From Geobacter sulfurreducens PCA (lineage in GTDB: Bacteria > Desulfobacterota > Desulfuromonadia > Geobacterales > Geobacteraceae): a stretch of DNA of 32,000 nucleotides. The stretch spans positions 780,001 to 812,000 of the forward strand of contig NC_002939.5 in the NCBI RefSeq assembly GCF_000007985.2. The letters are read 5' to 3'. The position numbers and the translations under genes are program-made. Position 1 is the first letter of the stretch. Each line of letters begins with the position of its first letter. The notes under the pieces were generated by a model. The model was not told the origin of the DNA and searched no databases. It saw only the letters and a program-made list of their open reading frames with translations. This document shows positions 9,026 to 16,196 of this stretch, piece after piece.

Positions 9026-10539
9026 GCGCCCGGTTCCTCACCCTGCACAACGGTTCAGCCGTCCCCTTCCACGAGGTGCCGCGCCTGGAGTTGACCGCCT
9101 TCCTCCAGCAGATGATCGACGCCGTGGACCGGGGTTGGCGCGTCTCCTCCTACTTCGGCATCCCCACGGAGGCCGGGGCCACCCTCTGCTGTGCCCTCTC
9201 CTCCACGTCCGACGGCAGCATCGCCCTGGCAACGGCAGACGCGGCCGGGTCGTTCCCGTCCATCGCCCGGTTCTGCCCCCAGGTGCAGCTCTTCGAGCGG
9301 GAGATCGCCGAGCAGTGCGGCCTTCCCGCCGAGGATCACCCCTGGTTCAAGCCGGTCCGGTTCCACCGTGCCTTCGTTCCCGGCCGGGATGCCTGGGGAC
9401 GCGCCGCCGGTGAGCCGATCCCCGTGGGGGTCATGGACTACTACCGGGTGGAAGGGGATGAGGTCCACGAAGTGGCGGTGGGCCCGGTCCACGCCGGGAT
9501 CATCGAGCCGGGCCACTTCCGGTTCCAGTGCCACGGGGAAGAGGTCTTTCACCTGGAGATCTCCCTGGGCTACCAGTACCGGGGGATCGAGCAGGGGCTC
9601 ATGGGCGGCCCCGACCCTCGCACCCCCTTCCGCATGGAGACCATTGCCGGTGACACCACCATCGGCCACATGCAGGCATACTGCATGGCCCTGGAAGCCC
9701 TGGCGGGCACCCGGGTCCCGGCTCGGGCCGAGGCCCTGCGCGGCATTGCCCTGGAGCTGGAGCGGCTGGCGAACCACACCGGCGACCTGGGGGCCATTGC
9801 CGGCGACGTGGGCTACCTCCCCACCGCCTCCTTCTGCGGCCGGATCAGGGGCGATTTCCTCAACATGAGTGCGGTCCTCTGCGGCAGCCGCTTCGGCCGG
9901 GGGCTGGTGCGTCCCGGCGGGGTCCTCTTCGACCTGGGGCCGGCCGAACGCGACGACCTCCTGGCCCGCCTCGACGCCGCCCAGTCGGACCTGCAGGGTG
10001 CCGTGGAAATCCTCTGGGACGCGCCGTCGGTCATGAGCAGGCTGGAGAACACCGGCACCGTGCCGGCCGACACCGCCCGGGAACTGGGCCTGGTGGGACC
10101 TGCGGCAAGGGCCTGCGGCCTCAACCGCGACGTGCGGCGCGACCACCCCTACGGCATCTATCGGATGGCCCAGATCCCGGTGGTCACCGCCCACCACGGC
10201 GACGTCTGCGCCCGGTCCACGGTGCGCTGGCTGGAGGCGGGGAAATCCCTCGACTTCATCCGGGAGCAGCTCAAACAACTCCCAGGAGGCGGCTGCCGGA
10301 ACGAGGCGGGCTCCCTGCAGCCGGACCGGATTGCCGTGGCCCTCACCGAAGGGTGGCGGGGCGAGGTCTGTCACGTGGCGATCACCGGCGCTGACGGTCG
10401 CTTCCTGCGCTACAAGGTGACCGACCCCTCGTTCCACAACTGGCCGGGGCTCGCCATGGCGCTGCGGGGGGAGCAGATCTCCGACTTCCCCCTCTGCAAC
10501 AAGAGTTTCAATCTGTCGTACTGCGGGTTTGATCTGTAG
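9022..10539 (+). CDS. ehrL: Ehr large subunit: NuoC-NuoD/HycE-like protein lacking the NiFe-ligating cysteines
   Basis: The HycE/NuoD core GPVHAGIIEPGHFRF is present. At the L1 position (C-G-x-C-x-x-x-H) the protein reads AGDTTIGH (9646..9669). At the L2 position ([DE][PL]CxxCx[DE][RL]) it reads NLSYCGFDL (10510..10536). The ATGA start overlaps the ehrD stop. Confidence 0.85.
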   Translation: MSARFLTLHNGSAVPFHEVPRLELTAFLQQMIDAVDRGWRVSSYFGIPTEAGATLCCALSSTSDGSIALATADAAGSFPSIARFCPQVQLFEREIAEQCGLPAEDHPWFKPVRFHRAFVPGRDAWGRAAGEPIPVGVMDYYRVEGDEVHEVAVGPVHAGIIEPGHFRFQCHGEEVFHLEISLGYQYRGIEQGLMGGPDPRTPFRMETIAGDTTIGHMQAYCMALEALAGTRVPARAEALRGIALELERLANHTGDLGAIAGDVGYLPTASFCGRIRGDFLNMSAVLCGSRFGRGLVRPGGVLFDLGPAERDDLLARLDAAQSDLQGAVEILWDAPSVMSRLENTGTVPADTARELGLVGPAARACGLNRDVRRDHPYGIYRMAQIPVVTAHHGDVCARSTVRWLEAGKSLDFIREQLKQLPGGGCRNEAGSLQPDRIAVALTEGWRGEVCHVAITGADGRFLRYKVTDPSFHNWPGLAMALRGEQISDFPLCNKSFNLSYCGFDL

Positions 10540-10595
10540 GGGGAGCGGTGGCCTGCGGAAGGCGGACGGCTGGAAGCGGGAAGGTCCGGGGCGGT

Positions 10596-10626
10596 GCTCC
10601 CGCTCCGAAAATATCCAAGCGTCACC
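10596..10626. repeat. Copy 2 of the 31-nt conserved intergenic element
   Basis: GCTCCCGCTCCGAAAATATCCAAGCGTCACC matches 3277..3307 at 28 of 31 positions in the same orientation. It lies in the unusually long gap between ehrL and ehrS. Confidence 0.6.
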
Positions 10627-10780
10627 TGTCGTATTTCACGGCACCTGAGCCGGAGCTGCCGGAGTTTTCCCTCCGAGAGGTCTACTGGTGGTTTTCGCGG
10701 GATCTTTTCTCCGCGGGAGCCTCGCCCCGGACCGGCGGGAGACGCGGCGAGCATGCGGCTCAATTGGAAAGGACGATGAA

Positions 10781-11536
10781 GTGCTGAGAGAGATCATCGC
10801 ACGGCTGAAGCAGGGACACCGGACCATGGCCTATCCGAAGGAGCCGGTGAGCCTTCCCCAGCGGTTCCGGGGGTACCCGGAATTCCCCGCCACGGTGGAG
10901 CGATCCGACGCCCGGGCCTGCGCCGAGGCCTGTCCCCACGGTGCCATAACCTGCGACAACGGCATGGCCCTGGACACCGGCCGCTGCCTCTTCTGCCCCG
11001 AGTGCGCCGCCGGCGGGCTCGTCAGCTTTACCACCGACCACCGGCTGGCGGCCACGAAACGCGAGCACCTGATCGTCCGTCCCGGCGGTGAGCACCACCT
11101 GGCCCGGCCCCTGGAACCGTCGCTCCGCTCCCTGCTGGGCCGCTCCCTCAAATTCCGCGAGGTGAGCGCCGGTGGCTGCAACGCCTGCGAGGCCGACACC
11201 AACGTCCTCTCCACCATCGGCTGGGACCTGGGTCGCTTCGGCATCCAGTTCGTCGCCTCCCCCCGCCACGCCGACGGCCTCTGGGTCACCGGCCCGGTTA
11301 CGGAAAACATGCGCGAGGCCCTGCTCATGACCTGGGAGGCGATCCCCGCGCCCAAGATCGTCGTGGCCTGCGGCGCCTGCGCCATCGGCGGCGGCCCGTT
11401 CGCCGACTCGCCCGAGACCCACAACGGCGTGGCCGACATCCTGCCGGTGGACCTCTTCATCCCCGGCTGCCCACCCCATCCGGCCACCATCCTGGACGGA
11501 CTGCTGCGGCTGATTGGCAGGATCGAGGGGACGTAA
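10781..11536 (+). CDS. ehrS: Ehr small subunit: NuoB/HycG-like [4Fe-4S] protein with an N-terminal Cys-rich ferredoxin-like extension
   Basis: NuoB/HycG motifs are present: GGCNACE, VASPRHADGLWVTGPVT, ACGACAIGGGPF, IPGCPP. The N-terminal part contains CAEACPHGAITC...CLFCPEC. The start was set at the GTG at 10781, 7 nt after GGAAAGGA. The ATG at 10826 is an alternative. Confidence 0.8.
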   Translation: MLREIIARLKQGHRTMAYPKEPVSLPQRFRGYPEFPATVERSDARACAEACPHGAITCDNGMALDTGRCLFCPECAAGGLVSFTTDHRLAATKREHLIVRPGGEHHLARPLEPSLRSLLGRSLKFREVSAGGCNACEADTNVLSTIGWDLGRFGIQFVASPRHADGLWVTGPVTENMREALLMTWEAIPAPKIVVACGACAIGGGPFADSPETHNGVADILPVDLFIPGCPPHPATILDGLLRLIGRIEGT

Positions 11537-11566
11537 CGGCACTAGTTCGAAACAAGAGGGAAGAGA

Positions 11567-11598
11567 GACGGGGGAACCGCTGCGGTGGCTCCCCCGTC
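11567..11598. terminator. GC-rich hairpin between the convergent ehrS and cytochrome P460 genes
   Basis: The 9-bp stem is GACGGGGGA ... TCCCCCGTC. A pyrimidine/T-rich tail follows only on the minus-strand reading (TCTCTTCCCTCTTGTTT), so it is more likely to serve the minus-strand gene. Confidence 0.35.
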
Positions 11599-11604
11599 GT
11601 GCGT

Positions 11605-12099
11605 TCAGGGGATGGTAGCCAGGTGGGTGAAGACGAAATCATTGTCTTTCACGGGGGTGTGGCAGCCGAAGCACTCCAGGACAAAGGAGGCATCCTTGCC
11701 GTAGGGTTTCAGCTCCTGCCCCACGAAACGGGCAAAGCCCCAGCCGCCGGTGGGCTTGAACTTCTCCCCGTCCTTCACCATGAATTCAACCTGCGCGAAG
11801 GCGTCCGGCACCGTGGCAAGCGGGAACTTCGGGTGCTTTTTCGCACTCCAGGCCAGCTTGGCAAAGGTTGAGCCGTCAGGGAAGGGGCGGGTTCCGCTCC
11901 GCAGGGCCTTCATGGCCGTGGGGTTGCCGAGGATTACCCTGATCTGTCCCCGGTCGTCGCGCCAGGACGGTGCCACCGCTTCCCAGGCCCGGTAGTCGGT
12001 GAGACAGGCGATCCCGTTGGGCGCCACCGGAAGCTCCCCGGCGCCGCTAGCGGCCGCGCCGGCCAAGGTCAGGGCAAGGACTGCGAGCATGAATTTCAT
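11605..12099 (-). CDS. Cytochrome P460-family periplasmic monoheme protein
   Basis: Signal peptide MKFMLAVLALTLAGAAASGA, the family motifs PDGSTFAKLAW and MVKDGEKFKPTGGWGF, and a C-terminal heme site CFGCH (11658..11672). The start at 12099 follows AAGGAGG. Confidence 0.8.
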   Translation of the reverse strand: MKFMLAVLALTLAGAAASGAGELPVAPNGIACLTDYRAWEAVAPSWRDDRGQIRVILGNPTAMKALRSGTRPFPDGSTFAKLAWSAKKHPKFPLATVPDAFAQVEFMVKDGEKFKPTGGWGFARFVGQELKPYGKDASFVLECFGCHTPVKDNDFVFTHLATIP

Positions 12100-12190
12100 G
12101 GGTGCCTCCTTTGGCGGACTGCCGTACCTGATCAATTGTACCGCACAGTCACGGCGTGCAAAGGGGAGCCGGTGGTCGTTCCCGGCTTTG

Positions 12191-12451
12191 TCACTCCTTG
12201 TCTTTCCGTGAGGGAGGATGTGCCATGTTCATGTAGACCCCTCCCTTTTCAAGCTCATCAAGCATCTGGTGCAGCCGTTTCTCTTTTGTTTCAGAACGTT
12301 TTGCCCGGTTAACCCAGCCGATGTAGTCGTTCCGCTGGTACGCCGGCCGCGCAAGGTAATCAGCCATCAGGCCATGCTCTTCAAGTGCCTGCCTGAAGAA
12401 ATCCGGCATCGGGTAGCGGGGGCGTTTGGGGTTGGGATCATGGGGTGACAT
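12191..12451 (-). CDS. YdeI/OmpD-associated (OmdA) family protein
   Basis: PDFFRQALEE...YLARPAYQRNDYIGWVNRAKRSETKEKRLHQMLDEL fits the OmdA/YdeI domain pattern. A GGAG RBS lies 7 nt upstream. Confidence 0.75.
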   Translation of the reverse strand: MSPHDPNPKRPRYPMPDFFRQALEEHGLMADYLARPAYQRNDYIGWVNRAKRSETKEKRLHQMLDELEKGGVYMNMAHPPSRKDKE

Positions 12452-12600
12452 GGTGGCTCCGTAGGGGGGGACTGTCTGTTTTCATGGTCAGACCGGTACA
12501 TATAAAATTTCGTCACGTGTGCAGGTCTGATACTTCTTGTTTCTCATTTCGGCTCTGGCATTTTTTCTTCGAGTTTTTTCAGATTAACATCTTTTCCCTT

Positions 12601-12939
12601 CTACCTCAGTCTCTTGAACTCGATTTCCTTCAAATATCCGCGCAGGCCGTAGGCTCCGTACAGCGTTTCAGACTGAAGACCCGCCTTTAGGGCTTCAAAC
12701 TCCTCGACCGCCGTGCCGTGTGCCCTGCCGTCATCGCTGAAGTCCCGGCAGAACCATTCGTCTTCCTTGTAGCCGCAGCGCCCCAACCCGATGTCCAGGG
12801 GGATGGCATGGAGGCGGCAGCGGGATGTCCGGTCGGTATCCGGCCATGACGACGGCCCGGCAAAGTGTACGCAATAGGCGCAGTCCAGGCCGACCGAGTC
12901 CCATCGGGCGGAGTAGGAAAACGGGTCCTTGATTCGCAT
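12601..12939 (-). CDS. Hypothetical Cys-rich cytoplasmic protein (112 aa)
   Basis: GC3-biased ORF with a GGGAGA RBS 9 nt upstream of the ATG at 12939. It contains CAYC, a CRLH motif and two further Cys residues. I recognise no family. Confidence 0.5.
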   Translation of the reverse strand: MRIKDPFSYSARWDSVGLDCAYCVHFAGPSSWPDTDRTSRCRLHAIPLDIGLGRCGYKEDEWFCRDFSDDGRAHGTAVEEFEALKAGLQSETLYGAYGLRGYLKEIEFKRLR

Positions 12940-13185
12940 GGTTTGATTCTCCCTATTCAATTACCGTGTTGTTGCCGCGCGTATCCGCGAGTCGGTCTTC
13001 TCCCGATACTCCGGGGCAATCCGTATCCTGTGATGGCGGGAGGGTCCAGCCGGATTCCATTAAAGTAGTCATGGTTGCCAATGCAGCGACTATCTCAGCT
13101 CGGTGAGGCACTGTCAAGGTAGGGAAAACCTGATATCCCGGGGCTTTTGAACCATCTGTGCCGGGGGAGAAGGGAGGCAGGGAAG

Positions 13186-13226
13186 GAGCAAACAAAACGG
13201 GCGATGCCGTTGTGGCACCGCCCGTT
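13186..13226 (-). terminator. Rho-independent terminator of the MCP gene
   Basis: On the minus strand the stem AACGGGCG ... CGCCCGTT is followed by TTGTTTGCT, 26 nt downstream of the stop at 13252. Confidence 0.6.
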
Positions 13227-13251
13227 CCATTTCGTATGCATCGTCGACCGG

Positions 13252-14871
13252 TCACACCCTGAACTGGCTCACCAGGCGATCCAGGTCGTGGGACAGGTCC
13301 GTGAGCCGGGTGGAGGTCCGGGCGCTGTCGTGGGCGCCGCCGGCGGTCTCCTGGGCGACGTCCTTGATGCGCTGGATGCTGCCGCTGATTTCCATGGTCG
13401 TGGAGGTCTGCTGCTCCGCGGCGCAGGCGATCTGGCCCATCTGCTGGTTGAGCTGCTCGATCCCCTGCATGATCTCATTGAGCGCCTCGCCCGACTTGGC
13501 GGCCTCCCGGGTGCCCGCTTCGACTTCCTTGACGCCTTCTTCCATGGTGAGCACCGCAGTCCGGGTTTCGCCCTGGATGCCCTTGATCATCTCGCCGATC
13601 TCGCGGGTAGCCCGTGATGTCCGCTCCGCCAGTGCCCGCACCTCGTCGGCCACCACGGCGAAGCCGCGCCCCTGTTCGCCGGCCCTGGCCGCCTCGATGG
13701 CAGCGTTGAGCGCCAGCAGGTTCGTCTGGTCCGCGATGTCCTGAATGGTCATGACGATTTCGCCGATCTGGTCGGAGCGGGCGCCGAGCCCCTGCACCGA
13801 TTCGGCCGACACCCTGACCCGCCGGGCGATCTGGTTCATGACCGCAATGGTGTTTTCCACCATGGCAAAGCCCCGGGCAGCCGTTTCCCGCGCCCGGCTC
13901 GACGACTGGGCCGCGGTCTGGCAGTTGCCGGCAATCTCGCAGGAGGTGGCGGCCATCTCCTCGCTCGCCGTGGCCGCCATGACCGCCTGGGAGGCGACCT
14001 CTTCGGCGCCCTCGGCCAACCGCTCGGCGGTCCGGCTGATCTCTGCCACCGATCCGGTCACGTCCCGAGCCACGCTGGAGGTCCGGGAGATGGTGTCGTG
14101 GACTTTGCCCACGAAGGAGTTGAACTCGGTGCAGAGTTTCCCCAACTCGTCGTTGCTCCGGTGTTCGAGGCGCTTGGTCAGATCCCCCTCGCCCTCGGCC
14201 ACGTCTTCCATCATGGCGATGACCTGACGGAGCGGCCTCATGATCGAACGGCTGAGCCAGGAGGAGAACACCACCAGCAGCACGATGCCGATGCCACCCA
14301 GGGCAAGGGAGAAGGTCTTGAGTTTTGCGCTGAAGGAGTCGTACTGGGCGCTTGCGGCAATGGCCCGTTTTTCCAGCGTTTCGGCGACCTTGAGCAGGCT
14401 GATGCTCAGGTTGTCGGACTCCATGGAGATCTCATCGTCGATGTCCATGATATCCTCGTGGTTCGCCCCTCGTTCGAGCGCCGGGATCAATTTGGTTTCA
14501 TAGAGGGTAACCGTGCCCCGGAACGCCTTGTCCGCCGAGGCTACCAGGGCGCCCAGGGCAGCGTCGTCCCCGGTCTGCTCGGCCAGCTGCTTCAGCTTGG
14601 CCATTCCCTCCGCCTTCCGGTTCAGCCATCCCTTGGACGAGGAGCCGGCCATGTCGGGGTTGGCGACCGATTCCAGGACGAACCGGTACAGTTTTTCGCC
14701 GATCACCTTGGTCTCCTGGGCGGACCTGCTGCGCGCCATGGCCTCGTGACTGGTCGCTTGCAGCTGCTCCAGATGGCCCATGCCGATCCAGTTGCCGATC
14801 ACCAGCACCAGAACCACAAACACCCCCCAGACCATGTTGAGGGTTAGCCGTCTGCCGATACTTACACTCAT
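13252..14871 (-). CDS. Methyl-accepting chemotaxis protein
   Basis: Two TM segments flank a periplasmic helical sensor, followed by a HAMP region and the conserved signalling hairpin ([38 protein letters not shown]). The start at 14871 follows AAGGAG at 7-nt spacing. Confidence 0.9.
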   Translation of the reverse strand: MSVSIGRRLTLNMVWGVFVVLVLVIGNWIGMGHLEQLQATSHEAMARSRSAQETKVIGEKLYRFVLESVANPDMAGSSSKGWLNRKAEGMAKLKQLAEQTGDDAALGALVASADKAFRGTVTLYETKLIPALERGANHEDIMDIDDEISMESDNLSISLLKVAETLEKRAIAASAQYDSFSAKLKTFSLALGGIGIVLLVVFSSWLSRSIMRPLRQVIAMMEDVAEGEGDLTKRLEHRSNDELGKLCTEFNSFVGKVHDTISRTSSVARDVTGSVAEISRTAERLAEGAEEVASQAVMAATASEEMAATSCEIAGNCQTAAQSSSRARETAARGFAMVENTIAVMNQIARRVRVSAESVQGLGARSDQIGEIVMTIQDIADQTNLLALNAAIEAARAGEQGRGFAVVADEVRALAERTSRATREIGEMIKGIQGETRTAVLTMEEGVKEVEAGTREAAKSGEALNEIMQGIEQLNQQMGQIACAAEQQTSTTMEISGSIQRIKDVAQETAGGAHDSARTSTRLTDLSHDLDRLVSQFRV

Positions 14872-15007
14872 CGATGCGCTCCTTTGTTCATGCTGCCGCC
14901 CGTCTTGCCGAATGCCGGCGTGCGGCACGGAACGTGGACTCCGGGACAGGTGGCAATCCTAGTGATATTTTATAGCCTAAATATATGAATAAATGCTTTA
15001 TATCTAG

Positions 15008-15035
15008 TTATCGGCGCAATCAGGGCGATACTTTA
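15008..15035 (-). promoter_or_regulatory. Sigma28 (FliA)-type promoter upstream of the MCP gene
   Basis: The minus strand reads TAAAGTAT-N12-GCCGATAA, against the enterobacterial consensus TAAAGTTT-N11-GCCGATAA. It lies about 135 nt upstream of the start codon. Confidence 0.5.
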
Positions 15036-15281
15036 GGGATATTTCACGAGTAACCTGTGCAGGGAGGTGGGGAAGTATTGAGCCAAAGCCGGGGATGGAA
15101 TCCGGCTGACAGGGCATGGATGGGGTGTCGCACAAGGTGCCGTAATGGACAATTCTCATATCCCCCGCTGCTCCGGGGGGATAGAAGGGTAACCTTTCGC
15201 TTGCATGTCGCGTCGATCTCTGCCATGTAATGGATCGGAACCGGGGAACAGGTGGCCCAATCGACGCGAAGGAGAGGGGAC

Positions 15282-15821
15282 ATGGCGGATCAGGCGGTGC
15301 TGCAGAAGCTGTTTCAGGACGGAGGGGCGCGAGATTATCGCTGGATCGACCCCGAGGAGATCGTGGTCGGCCAGTGGGTGCGGATGAAGTGCATGTTCGG
15401 CTGCAGCGACTACGGACGGAACGCGTCCTGCCCGCCCAACACCCCTCCGGTGGGCGAATGCCGCGACTTTTTCCGCGAGTACCGACTCGGCGCGATCTTT
15501 CGTTTCACCAAGCAGCTCGATGACCCGGAGGAACGGCACGGCTGGTCGCGGGAGCTGAATCAGAAGCTGCTGGAGCTGGAGCGGGCGGTTTTCCTCGCCG
15601 GCTACCCCAAGGCCTTTCTCATGTTCATGGACAACTGCAAGCTCTGCCGGGAATGCGCCCGCACCCGGGCCGGTTGCCGCAACCTGAAGCACGCCCGTCC
15701 CTCGGCCGAGGCGATGGGGGTCGACGTCTTCGCCACGGTCGCCAAGTTCGACTACCCGATCGACGTGCTCGGCAGATATACCGACGAAATGAACCGCTAC
15801 GCCTTCCTGCTGATCGAGTAG
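15282..15821 (+). CDS. DUF2284-family predicted metal-binding protein
   Basis: Cys motifs CMFGCSDYGRNASCPP and CKLCRECARTRAGC in a protein of about 180 aa are typical of DUF2284. The start at 15282 follows AAGGAGAGG. Confidence 0.75.
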   Translation: MADQAVLQKLFQDGGARDYRWIDPEEIVVGQWVRMKCMFGCSDYGRNASCPPNTPPVGECRDFFREYRLGAIFRFTKQLDDPEERHGWSRELNQKLLELERAVFLAGYPKAFLMFMDNCKLCRECARTRAGCRNLKHARPSAEAMGVDVFATVAKFDYPIDVLGRYTDEMNRYAFLLIE

Positions 15822-15839
15822 CTCTCACAGGAGCCCGCC

Positions 15840-16148
15840 ATGCCCGGAAAAGTCGCCCTTGCCGCCATCATCCTGCTCGCCGCGGTCTCCGCGGTCCATG
15901 CCGCGGACCCCCCCGCGCCGAGCCAGCCTGCCCCGGTCGCCACCAGCGCTTCACCCGAACGGGACGAGAGCGACAGGGTGTCGCCGGTTAACCTCCTTCC
16001 CGCCACCGACCCGACCGACCGGAACCTCTCCCGACCTGGCGCCGCCCCGCGTCCCGCACCGGCCCCGGCCGTGAACGGCAGCATACAGCACGAGTTCCAC
16101 GGCGGGTTCACCACGATTTTCAGCACCACCAACGGCATCCCCCGCTGA
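15840..16148 (+). CDS. Hypothetical small secreted Pro/Ala-rich protein
   Basis: Signal peptide MPGKVALAAIILLAAVSAVHA|AD and an AGGAG RBS, 18 nt after the DUF2284 stop. The mature part is low-complexity, so coding status is uncertain. Confidence 0.45.
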   Translation: MPGKVALAAIILLAAVSAVHAADPPAPSQPAPVATSASPERDESDRVSPVNLLPATDPTDRNLSRPGAAPRPAPAPAVNGSIQHEFHGGFTTIFSTTNGIPR

Positions 16149-16196
16149 AACCACCCCACCAGACTGTTTAAAAAAGATGGTGGGGCATGGTGCCTG

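Noticed and set aside
9055-10437. 460-aa minus-strand ORF opposite ehrL
   Set aside because: Antisense artifact. The plus-strand frame carries the conserved HycE/NuoD core.
10548-10787. 79-aa and 61-aa ORFs in the ehrL-ehrS gap
   Set aside because: They have Arg/Gly-rich composition and no RBS, and they overlap the repeated 31-nt element. They are not called, although a conserved small gene here cannot be excluded without comparative data.
12953-13255. 100-aa minus-strand ORF downstream of the first MCP
   Set aside because: It overlaps the MCP stop and contains the MCP terminator hairpin. It has no RBS and an implausible Pro/Thr/Gly-rich composition.
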